Shown here in pieces: positions 49,362 to 58,158 of a stretch of DNA of 64,000 nt (the stretch's first letter is position 1; each line of letters begins with the position of its first letter). Below the pieces are notes generated by a model, which did no database searches, was not told the DNA's origin, and saw only the letters and a program-made list of their open reading frames with translations. This stretch comes from Candidatus Omnitrophota bacterium (lineage in GTDB: Bacteria > Omnitrophota > Omnitrophia > Omnitrophales > JACQLI01): positions 3,832 through 67,831 of the forward strand of contig JACPCP010000010.1 of NCBI GenBank assembly GCA_016179745.1. The letters are read 5' to 3'. The translations under genes and the position numbers were made by a program.

Positions 49362-51786
49362 GCACGCAGATTTCCTTATTCAGGGACTGGCCGGAGAGCG
49401 GACAGGCGATCGTCTTTGCAAGAAAGCCTGTGTGAGCGCCCCGGCCCTTGGCGATCTTTCCCATGGCCCAGTGTCCCCATCCGTGCTGTGTGCCGACAAC
49501 TTCTGGGTGGATCCCTTCAGTGAGTTCCGCCCGCATCTTGATTTTGCCATAAGGAGACTCGACCCAAACCCAATCCTTATCCTGAATTCCAAACTTTACC
49601 GCTGTCTTGGCGTTGATCCTGAGTCCGTCCGTTGCTTTGAGTTCCGCAAGAAAGGCGTTGTTCTGAGTGCGGGAATGCGTCTGCGATGCCTCTTTCCAGT
49701 TGATCAGGAAAAGGGGATATTCTTGACTTGGCTGCCACTCCCGTGGCTCGTAAACGGGAAGAGGGGCGAGATCATGTCCGGCTGCGTCTTTTTTCCCGAC
49801 ATGCTTCGCTGCGTAAAGTTCAAGCTTGCCAGAAGGCGTAAAAAAGCCATGGATTGCCGTCCCATCGGCTTTTAACATTCCCATCGGCTTGTCCTTGGTG
49901 CCATCCTTCTTCTTTGAAAAGGCAAGGTTTCCTTCGATCAAAGCATCCTTCAGCTTATCTCCCGGGACGGGATCAAGATGTTTGTGATACTTCGTCCCGT
50001 TCGGGCTAACCCACGTAGCGCCGGGGAGCGCCTTGAGCTCTTCCAGGGTGATCTTGGGTTCGCCTTCCTTAAGCTCTCGGCTCAGCCACTCCTCATACCA
50101 CCTCTTTTTGTCCTCAATCCGCTCGCCCGACGTCCGTCCGACCCAGAAAACGTCGTTGCCGTTCGCTTCCTTCAAGCCAAGCCGGCGACCGAGTTCTGAG
50201 ACAAACTCGTATTCCGCCGGCTGACCAAAAAGCGGTTTCACCACCGGTTGGCGAAGTCCCACCGCCGGCCATGTCACCCAGTGGGTATTTAAGTCGTAGC
50301 GTTCTAAATAGGTCGTCCCCGGGACCACGATATCGGCGAACTCAGCAGTTTCGCTTAACATGGTGTCCACGACGACAACGAATTCAAGATTCTTCAGGGC
50401 CTTCTCGGCATTCTTCGTGCCCGCCACCGACATCAAGAGGTTTTGGAAAACGATCATCGCCATCTTCGGCTGGTAGGGGCCCTTGCCGTCAACGAGTCGA
50501 TTGATGATCTCCATGTAAACACCCGATTTGTGGAAGTAGGGCCATTTGTCCTTGCCGCCGTCCAGGCGGGGTTCCTTCAAGGTTTTTGCCGCCACGGCGT
50601 CTGGCTCTACTTCAATGTGCTTACCGCCCTTCGCATTGGGGAGCACGAGGGTTCCCGGCTTCTCGATATTCCCCGTAATCGCAGCAAGCGCCCCAATCGC
50701 CCAACCGGCATACACTCCATTCGTATGATGGGTGCCTGACCAGACGTCGACTAAGGCGGGCTTCGTCGTGGCAAATTCTTTTGCCAGTCGTTCAATTCGC
50801 TCGGCGGGGACGGTGGTAATTACTTCAGCCCATTGAGGCGTTTTATCCTTGACGTATTCCTTAAATTGATCAAACCCCACAGTCCACTCATCAATAAAGG
50901 GTTGGTCCTGAAGATTATCACGAAGAATCACGTGCGCCAGGGCCAGCGCCAGCGCTCCATCCGTGGCCGGCCGAATCGGAACCCACTCATCGGCCCTGGA
51001 GGCCGTGTAAGAAAAGTGAGGATCTACAATCACAAGCTTGGCGCCCCGTTCCCTGCCCCGTGTGATGATCCGTGGCAAATGGGAAAATTTTGTTGCCGAC
51101 AGGGGATTCCAGCCGAAGATCAGCATGTATTTGGAGTTGAGGGCGTCGATCAGGGGGCGCTCATCTCCCATCAGGATCTTGAAGGAGGCCTTCCGCCCCG
51201 TATCACAAAGGTTGGAGTGCATGCTGTAGTTCGGCGTGCCGAAAAGTTTGCAGAAGTCGCCCTGAGGGTGGGTAAACGAGTGGTCCTCAGAGAACCAGAG
51301 AAGTTTGTGCGCCTCGCCGCCGTCCCGCAGTTTCTTGAGACGGTCGACAATTTCCGTGTAAGCCTCTTCCCAAGAGATCGCCTTCCACCGGGGATCCACA
51401 CCAATGCCTTTCTTGGAATTGGTCCGCCGCAAAGGCTGCTTCAGGCGATCAGCATCATAGAGCGCCATGATCCCGGCGTTTCCCTTCGGGCACATGACGG
51501 CCCCCTCTTTCGCTGCATTGGCAAAGAAGTCGTCCGAGATGTTGGAAAATCCAATGGGGTTGTGGGGATTGGGCTTGATCCGAAAGAGGCGCCCGCCCAC
51601 CACCTGGCACAGAATCCCCGTCTGCCCCCCGCACATGTTGCAGCAGGAAGGAATCCATTCGTCCTTATCATAAGGGCCCTTGAGCATCTCCTCTTGGGCC
51701 AAGGCCTGTGCGGTCTTGGTCAGCGTCCCGACACCCAAGAGACCCGCTCCGCTGAGTTTCAAGAATTTACGTCGATTAAGTTTCAT
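49345..51786 (-). CDS. Tat-exported DMSO-reductase-family molybdopterin oxidoreductase catalytic subunit (Psr/Phs/Arr clade)
   Basis: RRKFLK Tat signal, CNMC..CPKG Fe-S motif, RTNSKKG..DP, HSNLC (Cys Mo ligand), ADIVVPGTTYLER, HSRTQN, HGWGHW. Confidence 0.88.
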   Translation of the reverse strand: MKLNRRKFLKLSGAGLLGVGTLTKTAQALAQEEMLKGPYDKDEWIPSCCNMCGGQTGILCQVVGGRLFRIKPNPHNPIGFSNISDDFFANAAKEGAVMCPKGNAGIMALYDADRLKQPLRRTNSKKGIGVDPRWKAISWEEAYTEIVDRLKKLRDGGEAHKLLWFSEDHSFTHPQGDFCKLFGTPNYSMHSNLCDTGRKASFKILMGDERPLIDALNSKYMLIFGWNPLSATKFSHLPRIITRGRERGAKLVIVDPHFSYTASRADEWVPIRPATDGALALALAHVILRDNLQDQPFIDEWTVGFDQFKEYVKDKTPQWAEVITTVPAERIERLAKEFATTKPALVDVWSGTHHTNGVYAGWAIGALAAITGNIEKPGTLVLPNAKGGKHIEVEPDAVAAKTLKEPRLDGGKDKWPYFHKSGVYMEIINRLVDGKGPYQPKMAMIVFQNLLMSVAGTKNAEKALKNLEFVVVVDTMLSETAEFADIVVPGTTYLERYDLNTHWVTWPAVGLRQPVVKPLFGQPAEYEFVSELGRRLGLKEANGNDVFWVGRTSGERIEDKKRWYEEWLSRELKEGEPKITLEELKALPGATWVSPNGTKYHKHLDPVPGDKLKDALIEGNLAFSKKKDGTKDKPMGMLKADGTAIHGFFTPSGKLELYAAKHVGKKDAAGHDLAPLPVYEPREWQPSQEYPLFLINWKEASQTHSRTQNNAFLAELKATDGLRINAKTAVKFGIQDKDWVWVESPYGKIKMRAELTEGIHPEVVGTQHGWGHWAMGKIAKGRGAHTGFLAKTIACPLSGQSLNKEICVRVSRA

Positions 51787-51795
51787 GATTCGCTC

Positions 51796-52614
51796 TTACA
51801 ACAAGTAGTAGACATTCGGCTCGGTTCCAAGTTCCTCTTTCAAACGAGTCCACTTCCGATGGGTGATCAATTCGTTCAAATTGCATCCATGCCCGATACA
51901 CCGCCCTGTGAGAAAATCGCCGAAGTGAATGGCTTTTCCCATGCAGGTTTCAGCGCATGCTGTCGGACGGGTGTATTGCCCGCTGGCATCCTGGAGATGA
52001 AGGCAAAAGGTGCATTTGCGGGCATTTCCGATCGGGGCTTTCGCCTTTTCACGCAATCCATACTTGCTGTGAAATTCCGGCGAAGGAATATTCCCATATT
52101 CTGTTTCCTGGGCAGGGTAATTTTTCCCCTCATCGAAAATACGAGCTCCATAGGGACAGGCGGGGATACAGTCGCCGGCACCAATACACTTGTCATGATC
52201 GACGAGAACAATTCCGTCTTCCTCCCGTTTGTAGGTTGCACCGACCGGGCAGACATCAATACAGGGCGGTTTCTCACAATGAAAACAAGGCCGGGGGAAC
52301 CAGCGGCGTTGGACATCGGGAAATTCGCCAACCTCTTCTTCAATCACAGGATTGTAAGTAACGCCCGGGGGGGTTTTATTCTCAAGTTTACAGGCGGCGG
52401 TGCAGGCCTCGCAGTTCACACAACGTTTGAGATCAATCGTCATCCCGTAACGAAACTTCTTCTTGGTGGTGAAGTTCTCAGCGGCCTCGACGATCTCGGC
52501 TGGGAGGGCAGCGATCGCTGAGGCGACGACTCCGATACCGGCCAGCTTTAAAAAGGACCGTCGCCCCAACTCCTGGTCCACTGTCTCTTGGAGGGTTAAT
52601 CGTTTCTGGGCCAT
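51796..52614 (-). CDS. Four-cluster Fe-S subunit (ArrB/NrfC/DmsB-like) with its own Tat signal
   Basis: RRSFLK; CVNCEAC..AC, CFHC..PPC..VCP, CIGAGDC..ACPY, KCTFC..AC..TC; ends GTEPNVYY. Confidence 0.9.
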   Translation of the reverse strand: MAQKRLTLQETVDQELGRRSFLKLAGIGVVASAIAALPAEIVEAAENFTTKKKFRYGMTIDLKRCVNCEACTAACKLENKTPPGVTYNPVIEEEVGEFPDVQRRWFPRPCFHCEKPPCIDVCPVGATYKREEDGIVLVDHDKCIGAGDCIPACPYGARIFDEGKNYPAQETEYGNIPSPEFHSKYGLREKAKAPIGNARKCTFCLHLQDASGQYTRPTACAETCMGKAIHFGDFLTGRCIGHGCNLNELITHRKWTRLKEELGTEPNVYYLL

Positions 52615-52650
52615 TTGCGGTTCATCTTCGGTCACGGGAAACGCAAATTC

Positions 52651-52680
52651 AAATTGATTCTTTCCATCTAATTGATTAGA
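52651..52680. promoter_or_regulatory. Putative LysR-binding region in the divergent promoter
   Basis: Dyad TCTAAT-TG-ATTAGA in an AT-rich intergenic region between the operon and lysR; similar 29-mer at 61236-61264. Confidence 0.45.
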
Positions 52681-52694
52681 ATTCCCTATCTTCC

Positions 52695-53585
52695 ATGGAA
52701 ATCCGGGAACTCAAGATCTTTAGAGACATCGCCCAGGAAAAAAACTTTGTCAAGGCAGCCAAGCTGAACTTCCTCACCCAGCCCTCCATCAGCTCTCACC
52801 TAAAACACCTCGAAGAAGAGCTTGGGGTGCGCCTTTTTGAGCGGGTCCCTCGAAAAGTTAAGCTGACCCACGAAGGCGAGCTCCTGCTGCCCCACGTCGA
52901 GGAAGTGCTCCTGAAATGCGGGAACCTGAAAACCTTGATTTCACGATTAAGCGGCATCCCCAAGGGCGATATCCGGATTGCAACGGTTTACAGCATCGGA
53001 ATGTATGAATTGGCCCCGGCCCTCAAACAATTTATCCGCACGTATCCGGACATTCATGTCCATCTTCAATACCGCCGTTCGGATATCATCTATGATCTGC
53101 TTCTTGAGGATAAAATCGACCTCGGCATGGTGGCTTACCCGGAGGACCGGGTCAAGATCAAAGTCACGCCTTTTGGCAATGACCACCTCGTTTTAATTAC
53201 CCCTCCCCATCATCCCCTTGCCAAACAGAAAAGCATCCGCCTCAAACGGATCGAGGGAGAGAACTTCATCGCCTTCGATTCGGGTATTCCGACACGAGAG
53301 ACGGTGGATCAGACGCTCGAACAGCGGGGAATCAAAGTCCAAGTCCGGATGAGCAATGAGAACATTGATACGTTGAAACGGGCCGTCGAGGTGGGACTGG
53401 GTATCTCGATTGTCCCCAGCAAGACCATCACCGAAGAGGTTCGGAAGGGAACCCTGAAGAGTGTTCATCTCAGTGATGTCAAGCTGAACCGGCCTCTCGG
53501 TATCCTCACCTTAAAAGATCGCATCCCCAGTTATCCCCTTCAGCTTTTTATGGAAGTGCTAACGGACCACGCTTCGAGAACCTAG
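52695..53585 (+). CDS. LysR family transcriptional regulator
   Basis: F.KAA..FLTQPSIS..LK.LEEELGV.LFER HTH; divergent from the molybdoenzyme operon. Confidence 0.95.
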   Translation: MEIRELKIFRDIAQEKNFVKAAKLNFLTQPSISSHLKHLEEELGVRLFERVPRKVKLTHEGELLLPHVEEVLLKCGNLKTLISRLSGIPKGDIRIATVYSIGMYELAPALKQFIRTYPDIHVHLQYRRSDIIYDLLLEDKIDLGMVAYPEDRVKIKVTPFGNDHLVLITPPHHPLAKQKSIRLKRIEGENFIAFDSGIPTRETVDQTLEQRGIKVQVRMSNENIDTLKRAVEVGLGISIVPSKTITEEVRKGTLKSVHLSDVKLNRPLGILTLKDRIPSYPLQLFMEVLTDHASRT

Positions 53586-54692
53586 GACCGGCTGATAGGC
53601 ACAGCAAGGATCTTCCTCCAGATAATCCCCGGTCAGGGCATAAGCCCGGGAGCGGGAGCCCCCGCAGATTTCACGATAGGGACAAATCCCGCAGCGGCCT
53701 TTTAGGAGTGAGGCGTCTCTCAATTCCTTCAAGAGCGGGGAATTTCGATAAATTTCCTTCAGGGAATTTTCCCGAACATTTCCGGCCGCAAGCGGAAGAA
53801 AGCCGCTCGGCATCACCTCGCCCCGGTAGGAAATAAAAATAAATCCCTTGCCGGCATTGACGCCCTGCGGGGCGTGGCCAATGCTCCCCCGGGGTCCGGC
53901 ATCCCGCTTGAGAGAAGCCGGCAACGACACCTTGTCCCACTCGACCCGGTCCGAACGAATCCCCTGGCGGGCCAATTCCTTCTCAAAACAAAAACGGCGA
54001 TAGTGCGGGGCCTCGGTGATTTTAATGACCGTCTGGACCCGCTGGCTTAGGGCGTAAATTTTTTCAAAGGCCGCTTCGAATCTCTCGGCGCTCATCAGGG
54101 GCAATTCTTTCCCCCGCCCCACCGGCACTAGAAAGAAGACTTCCCAGAAGACGATGTCGAGTTTTTCAATCAAATGAATGAGTTCATCCAGCTGGGCCGT
54201 ATTGTGGACATTGACGAGGGAATTGATCTGGACGGCGAGGCCGCATTCTTTCGCCTGACGGACACACTCCAGGGTGTGATCAAAGACCCCGCTCGTTCTC
54301 CGGAAGGCGTCGTGGTCCTCCGCCTTTGCGGCGTCCAGACTGAAGGCGATTTGATCAAGGCCCGACGCTTTGAGCGCTGAAATCTTTTCGTAGGTCACCG
54401 CCGGTGTCACGGCCGGAATGGCCCCGGTCCGAAGCCCCAGTGATTTTGCCTCACGAATCAAATCGGGAAGGTCTGTGCGCTTCAGGCAGTCACCGCCGCT
54501 GAAAACGATGATCGGCGTCCCCATCTCCCGAACTTCCCTCACCAGACGAAGCGCCTCCTCAGAAGTCAGTTCGTCAGGGGCGGGGTTCGGATCCGCCGAG
54601 GCCCGGCAGTGAACACAGGCCAGGTCACACGCCCGGGTCGTCTCCCAAATGACGAGAAAGGGTCTTTCGGAAAAGTCGAAACCGTGAGTCAT
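53559..54692 (-). CDS. Radical SAM/SPASM protein (TIGR04053/AhbD-NirJ-like, probably heme-related)
   Basis: PFLVIWETTRACDLACVHCRA, TEAPHYRR, PSGFLP, CGICPYREICGGSRSRAYA...DPCC. Confidence 0.85.
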   Translation of the reverse strand: MTHGFDFSERPFLVIWETTRACDLACVHCRASADPNPAPDELTSEEALRLVREVREMGTPIIVFSGGDCLKRTDLPDLIREAKSLGLRTGAIPAVTPAVTYEKISALKASGLDQIAFSLDAAKAEDHDAFRRTSGVFDHTLECVRQAKECGLAVQINSLVNVHNTAQLDELIHLIEKLDIVFWEVFFLVPVGRGKELPLMSAERFEAAFEKIYALSQRVQTVIKITEAPHYRRFCFEKELARQGIRSDRVEWDKVSLPASLKRDAGPRGSIGHAPQGVNAGKGFIFISYRGEVMPSGFLPLAAGNVRENSLKEIYRNSPLLKELRDASLLKGRCGICPYREICGGSRSRAYALTGDYLEEDPCCAYQPVLGSRSVVR

Positions 54693-54698
54693 GCCCGG

Positions 54699-54741
54699 AA
54701 TGTATCACTTCTCTGAATAGCAATCAGTGATCAAGATCACA
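54699..54741 (-). promoter_or_regulatory. CRP/FNR-family box plus extended -10; probable leaderless promoter
   Basis: TGTGA-tcttga-TCACT (54741-54726), 21 nt, TG-a-TACATT (hexamer 54704-54699); box centre is 41.5 nt from the ATG at 54692. Confidence 0.7.
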
Positions 54742-55189
54742 ACTTCACGTAAATAGCAGAGGCGAGCCCCCGATCGACGGAGAACTGGCTCCAGCCGATC
54801 TGGAAAACATAGGAAGGAAACCGCTGAAGCAGGGTGATCGGAGATCCCGGCAGAACTCCGATCGCAATCAGCTTTTTGAGCCGTTGGGGATCCTGCATTT
54901 CCAGATGGGTGACTTCGGCCTTCTGATTCACCGGGAGGGATGAAAGCGGAAGGCAGGTCACTTCTCCCGAAAAGGGGACAGGCCCCTGGGCCATTGGCGA
55001 TCCTGGACCTGTCCCCTTTTCTGTGCGAAAAAGGCCGAACAGTTTTTTCATCCATTCCGGCTGGGGCACTATTTCGTAATAACAGTAAGGGCAGCGCACC
55101 CCCTGACAGCCCTTGACGAATCCGCAGGCCGAACAGGTCTGACGCCCCTGGCTTTCCTCAAACTCCCGTTTACAAAGATCGCAAATCAT
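54737..55189 (-). CDS. feoA: FeoA with N-terminal Cys-rich domain
   Basis: CDLC..CSAC..C..CPYC, then LKKLIAIGVLPGS.I FeoA SH3-like domain; downstream of feoB. Confidence 0.82.
   Translation of the reverse strand: MICDLCKREFEESQGRQTCSACGFVKGCQGVRCPYCYYEIVPQPEWMKKLFGLFRTEKGTGPGSPMAQGPVPFSGEVTCLPLSSLPVNQKAEVTHLEMQDPQRLKKLIAIGVLPGSPITLLQRFPSYVFQIGWSQFSVDRGLASAIYVKL
54969..55021. repeat. GGGGACAGG-type palindromic repeat inside the feoA linker
   Basis: Perfect 14-bp IR GAAAAGGGGACAGG/CCTGTCCCCTTTTC. Confidence 0.7.
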
Positions 55190-57216
55190 AACACCGCCCC
55201 CAACCGCACCAGGATTTGATTCAGCACAAAGGCAAACCCGAAAGAAAAAAAGAGGATGAAAATGGAAATCCCGACCCCGGTCTTCCATCCCCGCTCCTTG
55301 ACATTCATTAGGAATTGCGCAATGCAGGGCAGGAAAAGGGTCAGAGCCACACAGGCCACCAGCATTTGGACGCCGTCCAACCGGCCCTTCGACACGAGGT
55401 CATAGAGGCCGGCGGCCCCGTAATCCCGCCTGAAAAAGCCCATCAAAAAGATCGAGGCCGCCTCCGCCGGAAGACCGATCGCCCGGACCGGGACCGCCAG
55501 GCCTCGAATCAAAAAACCGAAAAGGCCCGTCAACTGCCCGAGCCAGATCAAGGCGCTCGCCACAATGAACAAGGGGAGAACTTCCGTGAAATACCATTTG
55601 ACCCGGACATAGGTTTTTGTAAGCACATGAGAAATTTTGGGCCAGCGGAGCGGGGGCAATTCCATGTAAAACGAGGGCCGTTCGCCCGGCAGGATCTGCG
55701 CCGTGAGAAATCCGATGAAAAGAAAGACAAGGCCCACGACGAACGCCCAAAGAAGAAGCGCCCGGTCGTGACCCGCCAAAACGGCAAAGATCACCCCGAG
55801 CTGCGCCGAACAGGGGATGGCCAGAGAAAGAAGCAGGGTCGAGATGATCCGCTCTCTCACCGTCGGCAGGGTGCGGGTCACCATCGTGGCCATCGTGTCA
55901 CAGCCGAATCCCAGAACCATCGGTATCACGGCCCGGCCGCTCAGCCCGATTTTCTTAAAGGTCCGGTCGAGGAGCATGGCGAGTCTCGGGAGGTAGCCCG
56001 TATCCTCAATGACGGCGAAGACGGCAAAGTAGAAGGTGACGATGGGGAGAATAAGGGCCACCGCATACCTCACTCCGAGTGTCAGCATTCCATACTCGCC
56101 GACAAAGAGATCCTGAAGGAGCGGCCAGGGAAGGATCCTTGAGAAGACCTTGACGAAGAAAGGGTTCAGGAACCCTTCAAAGACCGTGCCTTCGAGGAAA
56201 TCGACGACGGTCCCCGCCCCGAACACACCCACGAATTGGTAAAGTCCCCCATACAGCACAAAGAAAAGGATCGGAAATCCCGTCAGGGGATTCATTGTAA
56301 GGCGGCTTAAGAATTCCCCCCACCTCCCGGAACGGACATCGGACCTCCAGGACCGTTTTTTGGTTCGGCATACATTTTCCGAAATCCGGGCCGCCCGGCG
56401 TTTGAGGCTTGATGCGATTTCAAATTCAAGCGGGGCCTGAAGATGGTTTTTTAATTCGCTGGCAAGCGCCTCCGCAATCTCCAAAACCAGAGGTTCCTGT
56501 TTCTTAACCAGCGACCGCACCTCCTCGTCCCCTTTGAGGAGAAGCAGTGAGAGAGACCGCTTTGAAATCGGATACTCGCCCGCCAGGGACTCGCCGATCC
56601 TTGCCAGAGCGCCCTCCAGCGAGACCGGCGCCCGGCCGTCATAATTCACCGTCGTTCCACGGAGGGAGGGTGATTCCGCTTCCAATCCGGTTAAGTGACG
56701 GACAGCTGTCTTGAGCTCTTTGAGGCCCTCGCCCGTCGTCAGCACGGTCTCGAGAACTGGGATGCCCAAGTCCTGAGTCAGGGCCTTTTGATGGATTCCG
56801 ATCCTCAGGCGCCGGGCCTCATCCATCATGTTGAGGACCAGGATCGTCGGGAAGGCGGCCTCGATCAATTGAAGCGTCAAGGGAAGCAGCCGTTCCAGAT
56901 TCTTTGCATCCACCAGGTGGATCACCAGAGAGGGCTTTTCCTTAAAAAGGATTCTTCGTGCTACGCCCTCCTCCTCCGTCAGGGGCGAAAAGGAATAAAT
57001 GCCGGGCGTGTCGATCACCTCGAAAGAGACGCCGTCGATTTTCGCCTTTCCCCGGGAAACTTCCACGGTCGTGCCCGGGTAATTGGCCACGGTGACATAA
57101 CGGCCTGTAAAGTGGTTAAAGAGCAGGCTTTTCCCGACATTGGGGCTGCCGACAATCACCACCTTCTTCAATCCCGAGCTGGTTTTATCCTGTTTGTGAT
57201 CGCAGCAAGCTTCCAT
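55186..57216 (-). CDS. feoB: Ferrous iron transport protein B
   Basis: GSPNVGKS, NYPGTTV, DTPG, NMMD, EDTGYLPR, GFGC, PCSAQL, MELP, PCIA. Confidence 0.95.
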   Translation of the reverse strand: MEACCDHKQDKTSSGLKKVVIVGSPNVGKSLLFNHFTGRYVTVANYPGTTVEVSRGKAKIDGVSFEVIDTPGIYSFSPLTEEEGVARRILFKEKPSLVIHLVDAKNLERLLPLTLQLIEAAFPTILVLNMMDEARRLRIGIHQKALTQDLGIPVLETVLTTGEGLKELKTAVRHLTGLEAESPSLRGTTVNYDGRAPVSLEGALARIGESLAGEYPISKRSLSLLLLKGDEEVRSLVKKQEPLVLEIAEALASELKNHLQAPLEFEIASSLKRRAARISENVCRTKKRSWRSDVRSGRWGEFLSRLTMNPLTGFPILFFVLYGGLYQFVGVFGAGTVVDFLEGTVFEGFLNPFFVKVFSRILPWPLLQDLFVGEYGMLTLGVRYAVALILPIVTFYFAVFAVIEDTGYLPRLAMLLDRTFKKIGLSGRAVIPMVLGFGCDTMATMVTRTLPTVRERIISTLLLSLAIPCSAQLGVIFAVLAGHDRALLLWAFVVGLVFLFIGFLTAQILPGERPSFYMELPPLRWPKISHVLTKTYVRVKWYFTEVLPLFIVASALIWLGQLTGLFGFLIRGLAVPVRAIGLPAEAASIFLMGFFRRDYGAAGLYDLVSKGRLDGVQMLVACVALTLFLPCIAQFLMNVKERGWKTGVGISIFILFFSFGFAFVLNQILVRLGAVL

Positions 57217-57221
57217 TGAGT

Positions 57222-58037
57222 TTATCTTTTAGCTTTCTTTTTCCAAAAGTGATCGAAACTGATCGAAAGGCCGGCAATAACGGCCTGTTCGGGCTTCTCA
57301 TTATTCGTAAGGCCGGCCCTCCAAGCCAGATCCAATAAGACGTTCGGGCTCACCTGAAAGGTCAAACCCACGAGCGGATTCAAACGGTGGTGGTTTGAGG
57401 CGTCCGCATCAAAATGCCCTCCCTTTTCTCCGTAGAGTTCTCCCGCAACCTTCCACCGGTCCGAGAGTTTGTATTCAGAGGCAACTCCATAGATCAAGTA
57501 GTCCCTTAAGGCCTCGTCTTTGTCATCTCCTACAAAGGCATACCCGGCATTACCGTGCACGGTGAGGTTTTTAATCATCTTCGATACGACCCCCACAAGT
57601 TGGACGTCTTCATCGCCGCTTCCGAGGCCCTTGGCTTCGTTCCCGTTTGCAAATTTTACCACGATCTTCAGAAGCGCAGCCGGTATAAACTCCTTCTCCG
57701 GAAAAATCTGGGTCTTTGTAATTAAACTGATATCCGACCAGCCTTCCACATTCTTCCCCTCTTCAGGCCGGAGGAAGCTTGCGGGAAAATCGGCCGAAAC
57801 CTCGAGCCGATCCGTAAGGCCCAGGATGGGGGTCGTCGTTAACGAGAATTCCTCATCTTGATTCTTGTCCGCATACTGGATTCCTTCTTCCAGCTGGAAT
57901 ACCCAGCGGCCGGCGACTCCGGCATCCTCGGTTGCGAAAGGCCGGCCGGCATACCCCGAAGGCATCTCAAGGCCTCCTTCCCCGAAAAGGAGAAAGAGCC
58001 CGGCCGCCCCCCAGCCCAGCCACCCGAGGGACCTCAC
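57222..58037 (-). CDS. Outer-membrane beta-barrel transporter (MetA-pathway/phenol-degradation-like family)
   Basis: GRPFATEDAG motif, alternating beta strands, GLGSG..D. Likely GTG start at 58037 with GGAG RBS; the ORF-track ATG at 58073 lies within the Fur box. Confidence 0.7.
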   Translation of the reverse strand: MRSLGWLGWGAAGLFLLFGEGGLEMPSGYAGRPFATEDAGVAGRWVFQLEEGIQYADKNQDEEFSLTTTPILGLTDRLEVSADFPASFLRPEEGKNVEGWSDISLITKTQIFPEKEFIPAALLKIVVKFANGNEAKGLGSGDEDVQLVGVVSKMIKNLTVHGNAGYAFVGDDKDEALRDYLIYGVASEYKLSDRWKVAGELYGEKGGHFDADASNHHRLNPLVGLTFQVSPNVLLDLAWRAGLTNNEKPEQAVIAGLSISFDHFWKKKAKR

Positions 58038-58063
58038 CCCGCTCCAAGGCCTCAGTTTGATAT

Positions 58064-58078
58064 TGAGAATCATTCTCA
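58064..58078. promoter_or_regulatory. Fur box
   Basis: Perfect 7-1-7 palindrome TGAGAAT-C-ATTCTCA (consensus TGATAATnATTATCA) upstream of the barrel-feoB-feoA unit. Confidence 0.75.
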
Positions 58079-58158
58079 GAATGATGACTCAAGAGAGTCC
58101 CCTTGTCTAGTCGTTTCTTCGAATCAATCGAATCGGGAGAGGTGATTGATCTTCCGGC

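Noticed and set aside
49345-51786. Calling the enzyme arsenate reductase ArrA or polysulfide reductase PsrA
   Set aside because: Lacks the ArrA (R/K)GRY motif and any ars genes; no PsrC/NrfD anchor; substrate left open
50833-52521. 562-aa antisense ORF over the molybdoenzyme genes
   Set aside because: Shadow ORF opposite two well-supported genes
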